From positions 1 to 30,749 of IMG/VR virus record IMGVR_UViG_3300010052_000156: DNA of 30,749 nucleotides; one strand, 5' to 3'. Below, in pieces: positions 1-9,499 of this stretch. How positions within the stretch are numbered: the stretch's first letter is position 1; each line of letters opens with the position of its first letter. The notes beneath the pieces were generated by a model. That model worked only from the letters and a program-made list of their open reading frames with translations. It was not told the DNA's origin and did not search any database. The stretch comes from a virus (lineage: Duplodnaviria; Caudoviricetes). The translations under genes and the position numbers were made by a program.

Positions 1-184
1 CTGCGGATCGAAGCACACGCCCTGGGTCTCGCGGATCACGATCCTGGTGAAGCAGCCGCCGCCGGCGCCCATGATCACGCGCGACGGCGCCTCCTCGCTG
101 ACGAGGTAGAGGAGGCCCGGCGTGATCGTCTCGGCGCCCAGGACGGCGGCGTGCTCCGGCGAGAAGAGGCCGTTGGTCATGGCG
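1..184 (-). pseudogene. 3' portion of a host SDR-family oxidoreductase (3-hydroxyacyl-CoA dehydrogenase-like)
   Basis: AMTNGLFSPEHAAVLGAETITPGLLYLVSEEAPSRVIMGAGGGCFTRIVIRETQG resembles the C-terminal part of bacterial SDRs (T.MT..L...ITPG.LYLVSE.AP...GAG.G.F). Third codon positions are nearly all G/C, unlike the upstream phage part. Confidence 0.7.
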
Positions 185-996
185 CGCTGATTGGCGTTCT
201 TTTCTTTCCAAGCGTCCTGAGCTAACTGCGCGGAACGGTAGACGTTGCCCGCGTAGTCGGTGTCCGAAATGTTGCCTGCTCGATAGGGCGTGAACTGCGG
301 CATGGTCACCTGACCGCCGTTGATGAGCGTGCTGATCTCGTTCAGTGGCTGATTGCGCACTGCAAGGCGTTCTTGGAAGGCGCGCTCGCGAGCCGTTGCC
401 TGCTGAGCCGCCATTTCGCGAGCTTCCTGACCCGAAGCGAGCAGAACCGAGGTGCGAGCGTCGTTGCTCTGCTGACTGGCCTGCGTCATCGCCTGATCGA
501 ACGCGGCTGTGCCACGCTGAAGACCCTGATTGATCAACTGGCTTTCGAGATTCGCGCGGTCACGATCAAGCTGCGGGTTCAGACGGTTGAAAAGAGCCTC
601 TTCAGTACGCTTCTGGTAGTCGCTGAAATCGCCAACAGCTTCGGGCAAACCATCCGTGTTGACCGGCTGAGACAAAACGGTGTTCAAACGATCGATCTGC
701 GAACCCGCCAGATCGTTCATCTTGACGCCGTTCGCCGTCTGCTGGTCGTAGAGCTTCTGCTGTTCAGGCGAGAGCGTTTCGATACGCTTGTATTTGGGAA
801 CGGCGATCGTTCCTCCCAGACCATCAGACTGGCTTTCGTAGCCCATGACCTCATAGCGGACAGAACCGAGCGGACCTTCCTCATCAGCATTCGAGAGGCG
901 AGAATTTGCTGTTGCGGTCGCCACATTGGATGCGGTCTGCGCCTTCGAAGTGGCTACCGGATCAGGCGGCGGGGGCGGCGAAGAGCCTTTACCCAT
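1..996 (-). CDS. Phage ejection/DNA-transfer (pilot) protein fused in frame to an SDR-like C-terminus; runs off the window
   Basis: Translated by hand (absent from the ORF track): ATG at 996, MGKGSSPPPPPDPVATSKAQTASN...RNQPLNEISTLINGGQVTMPQF...KNANQRAMTNGLFSPEH... with no stop to base 1. The Pro-rich N-terminus and Gln/Ala-rich helices, placed after the GNAT gene, are typical of podoviral ejection proteins. Confidence 0.8.
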   Translation of the reverse strand, partial: MGKGSSPPPPPDPVATSKAQTASNVATATANSRLSNADEEGPLGSVRYEVMGYESQSDGLGGTIAVPKYKRIETLSPEQQKLYDQQTANGVKMNDLAGSQIDRLNTVLSQPVNTDGLPEAVGDFSDYQKRTEEALFNRLNPQLDRDRANLESQLINQGLQRGTAAFDQAMTQASQQSNDARTSVLLASGQEAREMAAQQATARERAFQERLAVRNQPLNEISTLINGGQVTMPQFTPYRAGNISDTDYAGNVYRSAQLAQDAWKEKNANQRAMTNGLFSPEHAAVLGAETITPGLLYLVSEEAPSRVIMGAGGGCFTRIVIRETQGVCFDPQ

Positions 997-1384
997 GAGA
1001 GAACCTCCAGTGTTCTTTGAGGATGCCGATCAGCGTGCCGTTGCGACCGGGTCCGAAAAAATTTCTGAGGACACCTTCGATCTGGCCTCCGAGGCGCACC
1101 GCCATCGAAATGACCAGCGGTTGCTCAGTGACTACCGTCACCCGAGCACAACCCGAGGTTTCCACGCAGTATTTACCCCACGCCTTCAAAATATCGCGCG
1201 ATAGACAGCCGCGCTCAGAGGCAATCGCGAGGTGGAAATCGTTGCCGGAGTAAAAATAGAACACGCCGCCGGCGACGATCCGGCCGTCGCGTTCGAGACC
1301 TATTGCCTGATGGGGTCCGTAGAACGCTCCGATGCCAATCTTCTGTGTGACGAATTCGGCCACACGATCGCCAGTTACGATCAC
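989..1384 (-). CDS. Phage GNAT-fold protein (tail-operon acetyltransferase-like)
   Basis: GTG overlaps the nozzle stop (GTGA at 1381-1384). Motifs AIGLERDGRIVAGGVF, CARVTV and LGGQIEGVLRNFF; conserved position between nozzle and ejection genes. Confidence 0.75.
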   Translation of the reverse strand: MIVTGDRVAEFVTQKIGIGAFYGPHQAIGLERDGRIVAGGVFYFYSGNDFHLAIASERGCLSRDILKAWGKYCVETSGCARVTVVTEQPLVISMAVRLGGQIEGVLRNFFGPGRNGTLIGILKEHWRFSHG

Positions 1385-2937
1385 AGAATGCCACCGATCT
1401 GATAGGTGATATCTGCGCTGTTGAAGGTGAGGGCGACTTCGGTGGTGACGCGGAAGGCGATGCTGGCTCGCTGCCCCATGCCCGAAAGCATCGTCCATTC
1501 CGTTGTCGGAACGCGGGTGACGCCCCAGAACTGCAAGTCCCACTGCCACTCGTCCCAAGTAGGACCGTCACCGTTCGCGCCAACAGCCTGCGCCAACGGG
1601 GGCGAGACGTCGTATTCCAACCGCAAAGAGATACGGGGCGCGTAGCCGTATGGCCCCTGCATGAGGGGGCGGCACATCAGGAATTGCTTGGTTTGCGGCG
1701 TGCCGAAGTCGCTGAACGCGGTTTGGACGAAGGCTTCGATCGGCTTGCCGTCGTCGGTCTCCATATCCGGGTCGTAGCGATAGACCTTGCCGTCGAGCCC
1801 GCCCTGATAGAGCGAGCCATTGAACAGTGCCCAACACGAGCCGTTCATGCCCTTGAAGCGAGCCCATGTGCCCTTGTCGGCAGTCAGCACATACTGGTGG
1901 TACTCGACGCCGGGCTGGGCCGGGACGTTGACGAAAATCAGGCCCTGAGCCGGATACTCGATTAGCTGCCACCCGTGAGCGGAGATGGCGGCGCGGGCAG
2001 CATTGATGAATGCACCGCGAATTTTGTTGGTGACCGCGACCGACGACTGGCCGGAGACATTCGAGTCGAGCACCTGACTGAGTAGGACAATGCCCGAGGT
2101 GGTCAGCACGGCAAGGTCCGCGCCCGCCTTCATGAAGCAGCGCCGGCCGAGCGGCGGTGCCAGACCGAAAACACCGACCTTCGCCCACGAATCGACCGAT
2201 GAGGGATTGTCGCCCTGATAGATGACGACCTCGCCCTTCGAAGACAGGAAGACCGTGTAATCGTCCGGGCCGCTGCCGCCGTCGCGGGTCCATGTCGCCA
2301 TGGCAACAAGTTCACCGCCTTCTTGGAAGACCGCCCCCATTGGGAACGACTTGAGCGTCCCCGCTCCGCCAATGCTGGCAGTATCGCCATACCAAGCGGT
2401 GAGCGTGCCCTTCTCAATCCACCACAGCCGATTGACCATCAGGGTGGGAGAATTGAGCTTGGAAACGGTCAGGGTCAGACCAGCGGCTGCGGTGGCGGTG
2501 TAGTTGCCCCAAGTCGTCCCGTCGTAGATGCGCGGGGCATCCACACCATTGCCGAACAGCAGGTAGGTCCCGCCAAGGGCAGTGATCGTGCAGCTTTCGA
2601 GGTGCGAACTGGTCAGGCCGGTGACGACCGCAGTCCCCACGCCTCCGGGATTCGTGACCGTGAAAATCTTATCGCCAGCCACGGCGAAGAGCCGGGAGAG
2701 ATCGGCCGGCGGGTTATAGACCAGCAGCGTGGCGACCTCGTTCCCGAGACCGGTCGCGTGCTGGGTTCGGCCGCCACGCGTCCGAAGATCGCCCATCTGG
2801 TCTAAAAACCAATTGTCGAGACTGATCGCGTCCGTGGGCTTCATGGCCGCGACCGAGTCACGCGCATTCCAGCCGCCAAGCGGGGCCGGCAGGGGATGCA
2901 GCTTTACGGTTGGCGAGGAAATCTTGCGCCGGGCCAT
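1381..2937 (-). CDS. Tail nozzle / packaged-DNA stabilisation protein (P22 gp10 / T7 tubular B analogue)
   Basis: 518 aa beta-rich protein starting LPAPLGGWNARDS; follows the adaptor gene. Confidence 0.75.
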   Translation of the reverse strand: MARRKISSPTVKLHPLPAPLGGWNARDSVAAMKPTDAISLDNWFLDQMGDLRTRGGRTQHATGLGNEVATLLVYNPPADLSRLFAVAGDKIFTVTNPGGVGTAVVTGLTSSHLESCTITALGGTYLLFGNGVDAPRIYDGTTWGNYTATAAAGLTLTVSKLNSPTLMVNRLWWIEKGTLTAWYGDTASIGGAGTLKSFPMGAVFQEGGELVAMATWTRDGGSGPDDYTVFLSSKGEVVIYQGDNPSSVDSWAKVGVFGLAPPLGRRCFMKAGADLAVLTTSGIVLLSQVLDSNVSGQSSVAVTNKIRGAFINAARAAISAHGWQLIEYPAQGLIFVNVPAQPGVEYHQYVLTADKGTWARFKGMNGSCWALFNGSLYQGGLDGKVYRYDPDMETDDGKPIEAFVQTAFSDFGTPQTKQFLMCRPLMQGPYGYAPRISLRLEYDVSPPLAQAVGANGDGPTWDEWQWDLQFWGVTRVPTTEWTMLSGMGQRASIAFRVTTEVALTFNSADITYQIGGIL

Positions 2938-2939
2938 AA

Positions 2940-3635
2940 TCAGGCTCCGGGAAGAACAATCGTGATGGGGCCGAAGACCGGGTCATCGGTCAGGCAGCGG
3001 CCGAAGCTGATGTCGCGACCGCCGACATCGTCTGCGATCAGGCGGTCTCGAAGCTGGGTGAAATCTGCGAAGTGCTGATCCCCGAAGCCCTTCGCGGCCA
3101 TGTACTTCCACTTGAGGCCAGCAACCAAAACCTGACACCGGAAAACAGTGGTGTCGGTGTCGGCGTTGAGGCGACCCTTTGGGCTACCAGTGGACGAACG
3201 GCCGAAGTGGCTCGAAATGTACTCGAAGAAGACCTGCTGGCCGGTCGGAACCGGGAACAGGCGGATATCGGTGGTTCCATAGAGGCGGAAGCGCGAGAAA
3301 ATCGAGATCGACAACCGACTTTCGCGCAGAACCGTGTCTTGGCGGGCCGACGTCGGGCCGATGATGCGCCACTGGTTCGAACGATCGTACTGAGTGTCGT
3401 TGACCATGCGACGGAAATCGGCGGGGAGGGCGTACCGGTCCTGCCCCGCCGTAGTTTGGACGGTCGCTTCCGACTGGAGCGCGCTCCAGTCATGGGCGTC
3501 CAGAAGTTCCTCACACAGGGCGTTGAGCAGCGCCAGCATCTGCCGGGGCTGTGTTTCGGTCGATCCGCCAACAGAGGTTGAGCGGGGGAGACCAAGTTCA
3601 TCTTCGGCCTGATTTACGATGGCGAGGAGGTTCAT
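2940..3635 (-). CDS. Head-tail adaptor (tail tubular protein A-like)
   Basis: 231 aa with MNLLAIVNQA..ELGLP, HDWSAL and YALPADF motifs; gene position. Confidence 0.7.
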   Translation of the reverse strand: MNLLAIVNQAEDELGLPRSTSVGGSTETQPRQMLALLNALCEELLDAHDWSALQSEATVQTTAGQDRYALPADFRRMVNDTQYDRSNQWRIIGPTSARQDTVLRESRLSISIFSRFRLYGTTDIRLFPVPTGQQVFFEYISSHFGRSSTGSPKGRLNADTDTTVFRCQVLVAGLKWKYMAAKGFGDQHFADFTQLRDRLIADDVGGRDISFGRCLTDDPVFGPITIVLPGA

Positions 3636-3655
3636 CTAGTCCTTTGGGTGGCGCT

Positions 3656-4192
3656 TTAGCGCTTCTTGGTTGGTCCGATTTGATCCGCGAGGTCTTTGAT
3701 CTGCTGCTTTAGGGCTTCGATTTCGGCTTTCAGGGTCTCGTTCTCGACGGCGTATTTTCCGGCTTCAGCGCCCGCTTCCGCCGAGTCGATGAAGGCCTGA
3801 GCCTTCGCCTTGAGTTCCCGCGCACCCATGCCGAGTGTCTGGAGATTGGTGTCCGAAAGGCCCGCGAGGTGCTCGACTGTGCGGATGTTCAGAGCCTGCA
3901 TCTGCTTGATCTGCGAAGGCAAAAGCCAAGGCAGGACTGAAAGCGGCGTGCCGCTCACCTGATCGTCGCCCTGTCCGCGCTTGAAAGCTGCATACGCGGT
4001 TGGGAAGCGGTCGCGCTCAACGTCGGTGACGCGCTTCACCAAATCCGTATGGGCGTCGCCGGGAACGAAAATTCGAACGAACTCGAAATCCTTGAAGATC
4101 GGACGGCCTGCCTGCACCGATTCAAATTTCATTTCGACGGCATCGATAAAGAATTCCGCGTAAGCGCCGCCTTCGATGGTGTTGTTAGACAA
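3656..4192 (-). CDS. Conserved phage protein with C-terminal coiled coil
   Basis: 178 aa with GRPIFKD, DRFPTAYAAF, GTPLS..PWL and IRTVEHLA motifs; lies between capsid and adaptor. Confidence 0.65.
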   Translation of the reverse strand: MSNNTIEGGAYAEFFIDAVEMKFESVQAGRPIFKDFEFVRIFVPGDAHTDLVKRVTDVERDRFPTAYAAFKRGQGDDQVSGTPLSVLPWLLPSQIKQMQALNIRTVEHLAGLSDTNLQTLGMGARELKAKAQAFIDSAEAGAEAGKYAVENETLKAEIEALKQQIKDLADQIGPTKKR

Positions 4193-4214
4193 TGGAAATC
4201 ACCTGTTGATGGGT

Positions 4215-4252
4215 AAAGAAAAAGGGAGCCGCCCTTTGATCGGCGGCTCCCT
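4215..4252 (-). terminator. Intrinsic terminator/attenuator after capsid and decoration genes
   Basis: 11-bp stem AGGGAGCCGCC/GGCGGCTCCCT followed by a T-run on the minus strand. Confidence 0.75.
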
Positions 4253-4274
4253 CTATTTAGGCTGAGCTAGGTGC

Positions 4275-4541
4275 TCAGAGCGGCGATGCGGTCTTGCGAA
4301 CCCAACCGTATTCGCCACTGGCGAAGGCGGTGTCTGCCGTGTAGTTGCCGGCCGTGGCGTTGACCGCGAAACCAGCGGTCACCGTGCAGGTAGCCGCTGC
4401 CGCGACGGCATTCGCAGCCGGGCCGACGTAGACCCAAGAGCGGTTCGCATTGTCAAAGTCGGGCGTGCCGACAGTGAAATCCGGAGTGGTGCCACGCTTC
4501 GCGTAGTCGATTCCGAGCTTACCAGAGATAGAGTGAGGCAT
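4275..4541 (-). CDS. Small capsid decoration/cement-like protein
   Basis: 88 aa, Ala/Thr/Gly-rich, with WVYV and GEYGW motifs; immediately after the major capsid gene. Confidence 0.6.
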   Translation of the reverse strand: MPHSISGKLGIDYAKRGTTPDFTVGTPDFDNANRSWVYVGPAANAVAAAATCTVTAGFAVNATAGNYTADTAFASGEYGWVRKTASPL

Positions 4542-4553
4542 GTTGTTTACTCC

Positions 4554-5525
4554 TTAGTCCTTGAGGACGCCCTGAAGCTGAGCGTTCGAGAGAGTCAGGT
4601 TGCCCGCCCAACCCAATTTCTTGCTGATCGCGTCCTGATTGGGGTTCTGCTGATCGCCGCCGAACTGAACCATGTTGCGGCCGGAGTGCGGACGCAGGCT
4701 GAGGTAGTCGGTGTTCAGGAAGTACATGTGGTTCGTTGGGCAAGCACCGCCGACACCGCCGTCGAAAACAACGTCCGCTCCCATGTATTGCAGGTTCATG
4801 AAACCCGCCTGAGCCATGTCATCCTTGGTGATGCGCTGGATAGCCTGAAGCGACTCCAGATACGCGGTGTAGTAGTTGTTGTCCGCGACGATCAGGTCCG
4901 GGTGATCAGCGCCACGGACGATCGCGAGGTACACCTTGTTCATGTACTTCTGGATGTTGGCCGAGGTCACAGCCGCGCCGCCGTCCGTAGTGGCGTCGAA
5001 GCTGAAGTTGCGCCACCAAGCGAAGTTCGCGCGGTTGATGCCGCCAACGGTGCCCGAAGTCGGGGTATCCGCGACCAGAAGCTGGAGGCCACCGATCTGT
5101 CTGCCACCGTCTGCCGTGCCGTCGCTGTAGGCATCAGCCGCGAGCATGTTGATGAGCGACTTTTCCGCGTTGCTGATGCGGGATTCGAGCAGGTCGAGCA
5201 GAGCCTCCTCACCCGAGTTCTGGAGCATCTCCAGACCCGAAATCTGGACGGTCGCAGCCATCTGACGAATCTGGAATTCGGCAGAGGTCAGGACTTCGCC
5301 CGGTGTGACATTCAGGAAGTCGTATCCAGCGTAGCGCTTGACCGTGCCGTTCTCAGCGTATTCGAGCGGCTGGCGGATCGAGGCACCGCCCGAGAAGGTC
5401 TTGACCTTGCCCTTCTTGTTGAGGCGGAAATAGAGAGCGTTCTGCTTGGAGACGTTGTCTGCGATCTTGCTAGAGCGGTTCTCCAGCGTGGTCGTCAGAA
5501 GTTCGTTAATATTGGGGGACGCCAT
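4554..5525 (-). CDS. Major capsid protein
   Basis: 323 aa, TTLENRS..IADNVSKQNAL...GNLTLSN..LQG; follows the scaffold gene; GGAG-type RBS upstream. Confidence 0.9.
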   Translation of the reverse strand: MASPNINELLTTTLENRSSKIADNVSKQNALYFRLNKKGKVKTFSGGASIRQPLEYAENGTVKRYAGYDFLNVTPGEVLTSAEFQIRQMAATVQISGLEMLQNSGEEALLDLLESRISNAEKSLINMLAADAYSDGTADGGRQIGGLQLLVADTPTSGTVGGINRANFAWWRNFSFDATTDGGAAVTSANIQKYMNKVYLAIVRGADHPDLIVADNNYYTAYLESLQAIQRITKDDMAQAGFMNLQYMGADVVFDGGVGGACPTNHMYFLNTDYLSLRPHSGRNMVQFGGDQQNPNQDAISKKLGWAGNLTLSNAQLQGVLKD

Positions 5526-5549
5526 GGTCCTTCTCCTTTTTTGTTGTTT

Positions 5550-6617
5550 TTAGAGACGGCTGGCGCGTAGACCACGCTGAAGCTGTTCTCGAATGCTGAG
5601 GTCGGCGTCGGCGGCAGGGGATGAGCCCTGTCCCGGAGCGCCGGAAACGGATCGGCTGGCCCGCTTAGCGTCGGCAACGGTTTTGGCCTGCGCCTCTGAA
5701 CTCGACTTGAGCCGCTCGTTGATAAGCTGCTCGCGGACTTCCGGGTGCTGCCAACACGCTTGCTCGTATGCCTGTTTCAATGGAAACCCAGCATTCAGCA
5801 GAGGAATCATGACGTCGGCCACGTTATCGACGTAGAGGTTCGCTTTATCGTTGAAGAATTCATCCACAGACTTGCTGATGGTCTGCCGATGCTGGGCATC
5901 CCGTTCGCTCTTGAGACTGTTGATGGTCTCTCGAAGCGGGCCGAGTTGCTGATTCAGATACGCCGCGAGATCGGGCTGATACGATGCCCCGGCGTCCTGC
6001 GAATTCTGTTCGGTCTGACCCCCGAACGCGCGAGACAGAGTCTGCGCAAGCTCAAGGGGGTCTTTCCCAAAGTGTGAGCAGAGTTCCACGATACCCGTCG
6101 TGAAATCTGCGTTTAGTTTCCGATCGGCTTCGGCGTATCGATCGAATGCCTGACCAAGTGTGAAGCCGTGGCCTTCGAAGTGATCGGCGTAGTGCTCGAC
6201 GTCCTTGTAGCGCTGAAGCTTCGCGAAACCCTGACTAACCTCCTGTTCACGCTTCCCGATATCGGCCTTCACCGAGTCCGGCAGCGTGTCGAAAACTGCC
6301 TTACTAGCAGGGGACCAACCCGGAGGCGGTCGAACACCTTGCGAGGGTGCGACGGTCTCTTCGGTCGTCTGTTCCGCTGCGTTGGCGGTCGGATCAGCTA
6401 CAACCGGAGCGGCCTGCTGCGCACCAGTGGCTTCCTGCTCGTATTTAGCGAAACGGCCTTTTTCGTCCCGATTTCGGTCGGACTGGACCTCGGTTTCTCC
6501 GGTTTCGGTCGAAGTCGTTGTGTCGGCAGTGGACTCGGTCTGCTCGCGCAGTGCGGTTTCAAGCTGGGAGCGGAGATCGTCGGCCGGGGCAGTGTCTTCA
6601 GTGGTAATATCAGTCAA
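5550..6617 (-). CDS. Capsid scaffolding protein
   Basis: Acidic/low-complexity N-terminus with RDEKGRFA, PPPGWS and a helical body; directly upstream of capsid; TTG start. Confidence 0.75.
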   Translation of the reverse strand: MTDITTEDTAPADDLRSQLETALREQTESTADTTTSTETGETEVQSDRNRDEKGRFAKYEQEATGAQQAAPVVADPTANAAEQTTEETVAPSQGVRPPPGWSPASKAVFDTLPDSVKADIGKREQEVSQGFAKLQRYKDVEHYADHFEGHGFTLGQAFDRYAEADRKLNADFTTGIVELCSHFGKDPLELAQTLSRAFGGQTEQNSQDAGASYQPDLAAYLNQQLGPLRETINSLKSERDAQHRQTISKSVDEFFNDKANLYVDNVADVMIPLLNAGFPLKQAYEQACWQHPEVREQLINERLKSSSEAQAKTVADAKRASRSVSGAPGQGSSPAADADLSIREQLQRGLRASRL

Positions 6618-6664
6618 GAATATGTGGGGGTTGCGTCGAGCCCGTTGATGTCGGGGAGACTAGG

Positions 6665-6967
6665 TTATTTGTGGCGCGCAAGGGCTTTGCGAAGATCGTC
6701 GCGAACGCCTTCCGGCTTGTAATCGCGGGGCTTCGAGGACATTTTCTCGTTGCCGACCTCAGTAACGCCCGCACGCCGATATTCGGCTCGAAGTGCGGAC
6801 TTGGACGTATACATCCTGCCGTTCGTCTGAGAGCGAACTTCAATGTTGTCGTTCGAAATCATCGGAGTAGAGAGATGCGAGCGCTGGGGAGCATCCTTCG
6901 CGACAGCGCTCACATACTCTTCAATATCGAGGTAGCGACCTTTGTAGATTTTACCGATTGCGGCCAT
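6665..6967 (-). CDS. Hypothetical phage protein
   Basis: 100 aa with PMISND...GRMYTSKSALRAEYRRAGVTEVGNE, a pattern seen upstream of scaffolds in such phages. Confidence 0.65.
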   Translation of the reverse strand: MAAIGKIYKGRYLDIEEYVSAVAKDAPQRSHLSTPMISNDNIEVRSQTNGRMYTSKSALRAEYRRAGVTEVGNEKMSSKPRDYKPEGVRDDLRKALARHK

Positions 6968-6975
6968 ACCGTTAT

Positions 6976-7527
6976 TTAGACTGCGAGCAGCAGCGCCGTG
7001 ACGTCGTCTTCCTCTCGCTCTTGTTCAGCCCTGACGACCCTCGCGAATTCGGCTTGGGCTGCGACGTAAAGCTGATGCTGCTCGAAGGCTGAAATGGCCT
7101 GCATGAGAGCCGCAAGCTGACCCTGTGCACGGTCCAGCGCAGCCCAATCGATATTGAGCCCGTCGTCATCCTGCTCGACGAAGTCCGCAGCCGCTTCGAC
7201 CACGGCTTCGGCCTCAAGGCTTTCGCCTCGATAGGCTCTCTGGATCAGGGCGCGAATTTCGGCGCGGTCATTGCGGAAAGCTCGTTCCTTGACCCTGCGG
7301 GAAGGCTGCGTGTTGTACCAACCACCGTCATGGGAGGCGAAGTGCGGGTCCGCCACGAGCGAGATCGAGACCGCGTCTGGGGCTTCGGTCGCGCCAAGGG
7401 CTACCGTGGTGACAGCAGTGATCGACCCGGCGAATCCGTCTTGGCCTTCGGTCGCGGCAAGCGTGATCGTCGCGGGGGCTTCTAGTGCACCGAGTGCGTT
7501 TCTGCCTAGAGCGGAGTAGCCGAGCAT
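6976..7527 (-). CDS. Hypothetical virion-associated protein
   Basis: MLGYSALGRNALGA start, L.ATE..D repeats and EEDDVTALLL C-terminus; tightly packed in the operon. Confidence 0.6.
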   Translation of the reverse strand: MLGYSALGRNALGALEAPATITLAATEGQDGFAGSITAVTTVALGATEAPDAVSISLVADPHFASHDGGWYNTQPSRRVKERAFRNDRAEIRALIQRAYRGESLEAEAVVEAAADFVEQDDDGLNIDWAALDRAQGQLAALMQAISAFEQHQLYVAAQAEFARVVRAEQEREEDDVTALLLAV

Positions 7528-7530
7528 GGG

Positions 7531-8304
7531 TCAGGCGTACACGGCGGCTGGCGGGAACCATTTCGTCGAAGAACCGCACGCGAATGTCAGATAGGTTCCG
7601 GCCGGAAGGCTGAAGGCGGCATTCGTGGCGAGTGGCCCGATCGCGGCCCCGGAATTCGGATAGACATCGATTGCGCTGCCGGTCGCGTTGATGACCTTCA
7701 GTTCCGTTCCGACCGGCAAGCTGGCCGGCAAGACGACGCCACCCGTGCCACTCGTCACGATCGAGACGGTGTTCACGATGGCAGTTGCTGTGCCCTGCGT
7801 CGTGCCGGCCGCTGCAAGCGTCGGACTCGTGCCGAAGCTGGCGATACCGGTGAAGGTCGGTGAGGCGACATTGGCCTTCCCGGATGCCGTGGTGGTGATC
7901 GAGACGTTGGCCGAACCGTCGAAGCCGACTGAGCCAATGACATCGCCGGCAAGCGCGATCGTGCGGCTGGTAGCGAGCTTGGTGGCGGTTGTCGTGTTGG
8001 CGATGTCGTCGGCCGAAGCCGTAATGAACACCTCTGCGCTGGCCGTGGCGTTGATCGCCGCGTTTGAGTTCGTGCTGTTCGTGACCGTGCGCCCGCTCAG
8101 TGAAGGGCCGGTGGTCGAATAGGTCGCGGTTCCGATCTCGCTATTGCTGCCGTCCCGGATGGCATAGGTGATCACGTCGCCGTTCGAAATTCCGCCCTGC
8201 GCGAACGAGAGGTGGCCGGCCACAGCCGAGCCGAGGCCGATGGAAGAGCCGGTACCGGGAGCGCTGCTCACGGTCATACGAGCGAGGTTTGCGAGCTTTG
8301 CCAT
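7531..8304 (-). CDS. Fibre-like virion protein
   Basis: Likely start ATG 8304 (MAKLANLARMT). Thr/Ser/Gly-rich; contains the fibre repeat ATKLATSRTIALAGDVIGSVGFDGSANVSITT. Confidence 0.7.
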   Translation of the reverse strand: MAKLANLARMTVSSAPGTGSSIGLGSAVAGHLSFAQGGISNGDVITYAIRDGSNSEIGTATYSTTGPSLSGRTVTNSTNSNAAINATASAEVFITASADDIANTTTATKLATSRTIALAGDVIGSVGFDGSANVSITTTASGKANVASPTFTGIASFGTSPTLAAAGTTQGTATAIVNTVSIVTSGTGGVVLPASLPVGTELKVINATGSAIDVYPNSGAAIGPLATNAAFSLPAGTYLTFACGSSTKWFPPAAVYA

Positions 8305-8314
8305 GCCGGCTACC

Positions 8315-8683
8315 TCAACCGTGCGCGATCGTCTGCGCGCCGCTGGCGGTGACGGTTTGACCCGAACTGACGAAGGTGGCGTTGATGGTGATGTCTGTGC
8401 CCGAGGGTCCAACTGTCAGACCCGAGATCAAGACAGTGGTCCCATCCGAAGCGCGGATTTCAGCTTCAGCCGCCGTGCCGGTGTTTTCGGCGGTGACCGA
8501 GGCCGAGACCAGCGAGAGGGTGAGAACACCACCCGACACGGTGCCCGAGGTGGCAGAGAGGGCGAAGGTCGCGAGCACCGTCGCCATGCCGGCCGTGCCG
8601 ATGCGGAGGGTCCCGGAGTTGATAGCGTCGCGCACGGCGGTCATGCGCGTGTCCTTCAAGGCGGTGGAATAGATAACGGCCAT
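8315..8683 (-). CDS. Small beta-rich virion structural protein
   Basis: 122 aa Thr/Ser/Ala-rich (TGTAAEAEIRASDGTTVLISGLTVG); AAGGA RBS upstream. Confidence 0.65.
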   Translation of the reverse strand: MAVIYSTALKDTRMTAVRDAINSGTLRIGTAGMATVLATFALSATSGTVSGGVLTLSLVSASVTAENTGTAAEAEIRASDGTTVLISGLTVGPSGTDITINATFVSSGQTVTASGAQTIAHG

Positions 8684-8695
8684 GGATTCCTTTGA

Positions 8696-9499
8696 TTATT
8701 GCGGGCTGGGTGGAACGGGCTCGACGCCGGTGACGCGGCCGGTTTCATCGCGAATGACGCGCTTCGGGGCAGACTGCGCGGTAGCAATCTCAGACAGGCT
8801 CTGACGAACCATCTGTGCGTCTGCATGGGCCTGCTGCACGAGGGCCAGAATCTGGTCCATGCGCATGCTGTTGAAGTCGTCGTTCGGAAGGGCTGCGAGC
8901 ATCTCGCCATCTTCGCCGATGTGAGCGCGAAGGCTCTGTTCGGCGAGCCGGGCGGACATCTCATCACGCTGAGTGCGGATTTTCAGTTCGGTTTCTGCGT
9001 CGGAGCGCGCGTCGTGCCGGGCCATGCGCTGCAACTCTGCATCGTGCTTCTCCTGCGCCAGACGCATTTCCTGCGCGGTCTTGGCTTCCTCGATCTGGAC
9101 GCGCTTCTGCTCGATCAAGGCCTTCTGCATTTCGGCCTGAGCGGCGGGGTCTTCCTTCGGCTGTTGCGGCTGCGAAAGCTGCTGAACGAGCGCGCCGAAC
9201 GCACTCTCAACGGTCTCTTCGACATCGCGACCGACCCGGAAGCCACGAAGCGCGAACAGCATCGTCTGCTCGATCATCGGGGCGAGGGCTGCGCCCATCG
9301 GCGACATGATGACCGGGCTGGCCTGATTCATCATCTGGCCCATGGCGGTGATCAGTTCGACGCGACGCTGCTTTTCAGCGTTCTCGTCGGCATCAATCAT
9401 CTGATCCGTTTCGACGTCGATCTTGTAGCCGCGCAGGCGATCGTTCCGGAGGAGCGCAACAACGTCGTCGATCGTGACGGGCGGATTCTGGGTTGCCAT
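8696..9499 (-). CDS. Portal protein, C-terminal part (split gene)
   Basis: VVALLRNDRLRGYKIDVETD and FRVGRDVE motifs, long coiled coil, ends KRVIRDETGRVTGV; start overlaps the upstream stop (TGATG). Confidence 0.7.
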   Translation of the reverse strand: MATQNPPVTIDDVVALLRNDRLRGYKIDVETDQMIDADENAEKQRRVELITAMGQMMNQASPVIMSPMGAALAPMIEQTMLFALRGFRVGRDVEETVESAFGALVQQLSQPQQPKEDPAAQAEMQKALIEQKRVQIEEAKTAQEMRLAQEKHDAELQRMARHDARSDAETELKIRTQRDEMSARLAEQSLRAHIGEDGEMLAALPNDDFNSMRMDQILALVQQAHADAQMVRQSLSEIATAQSAPKRVIRDETGRVTGVEPVPPSPQ

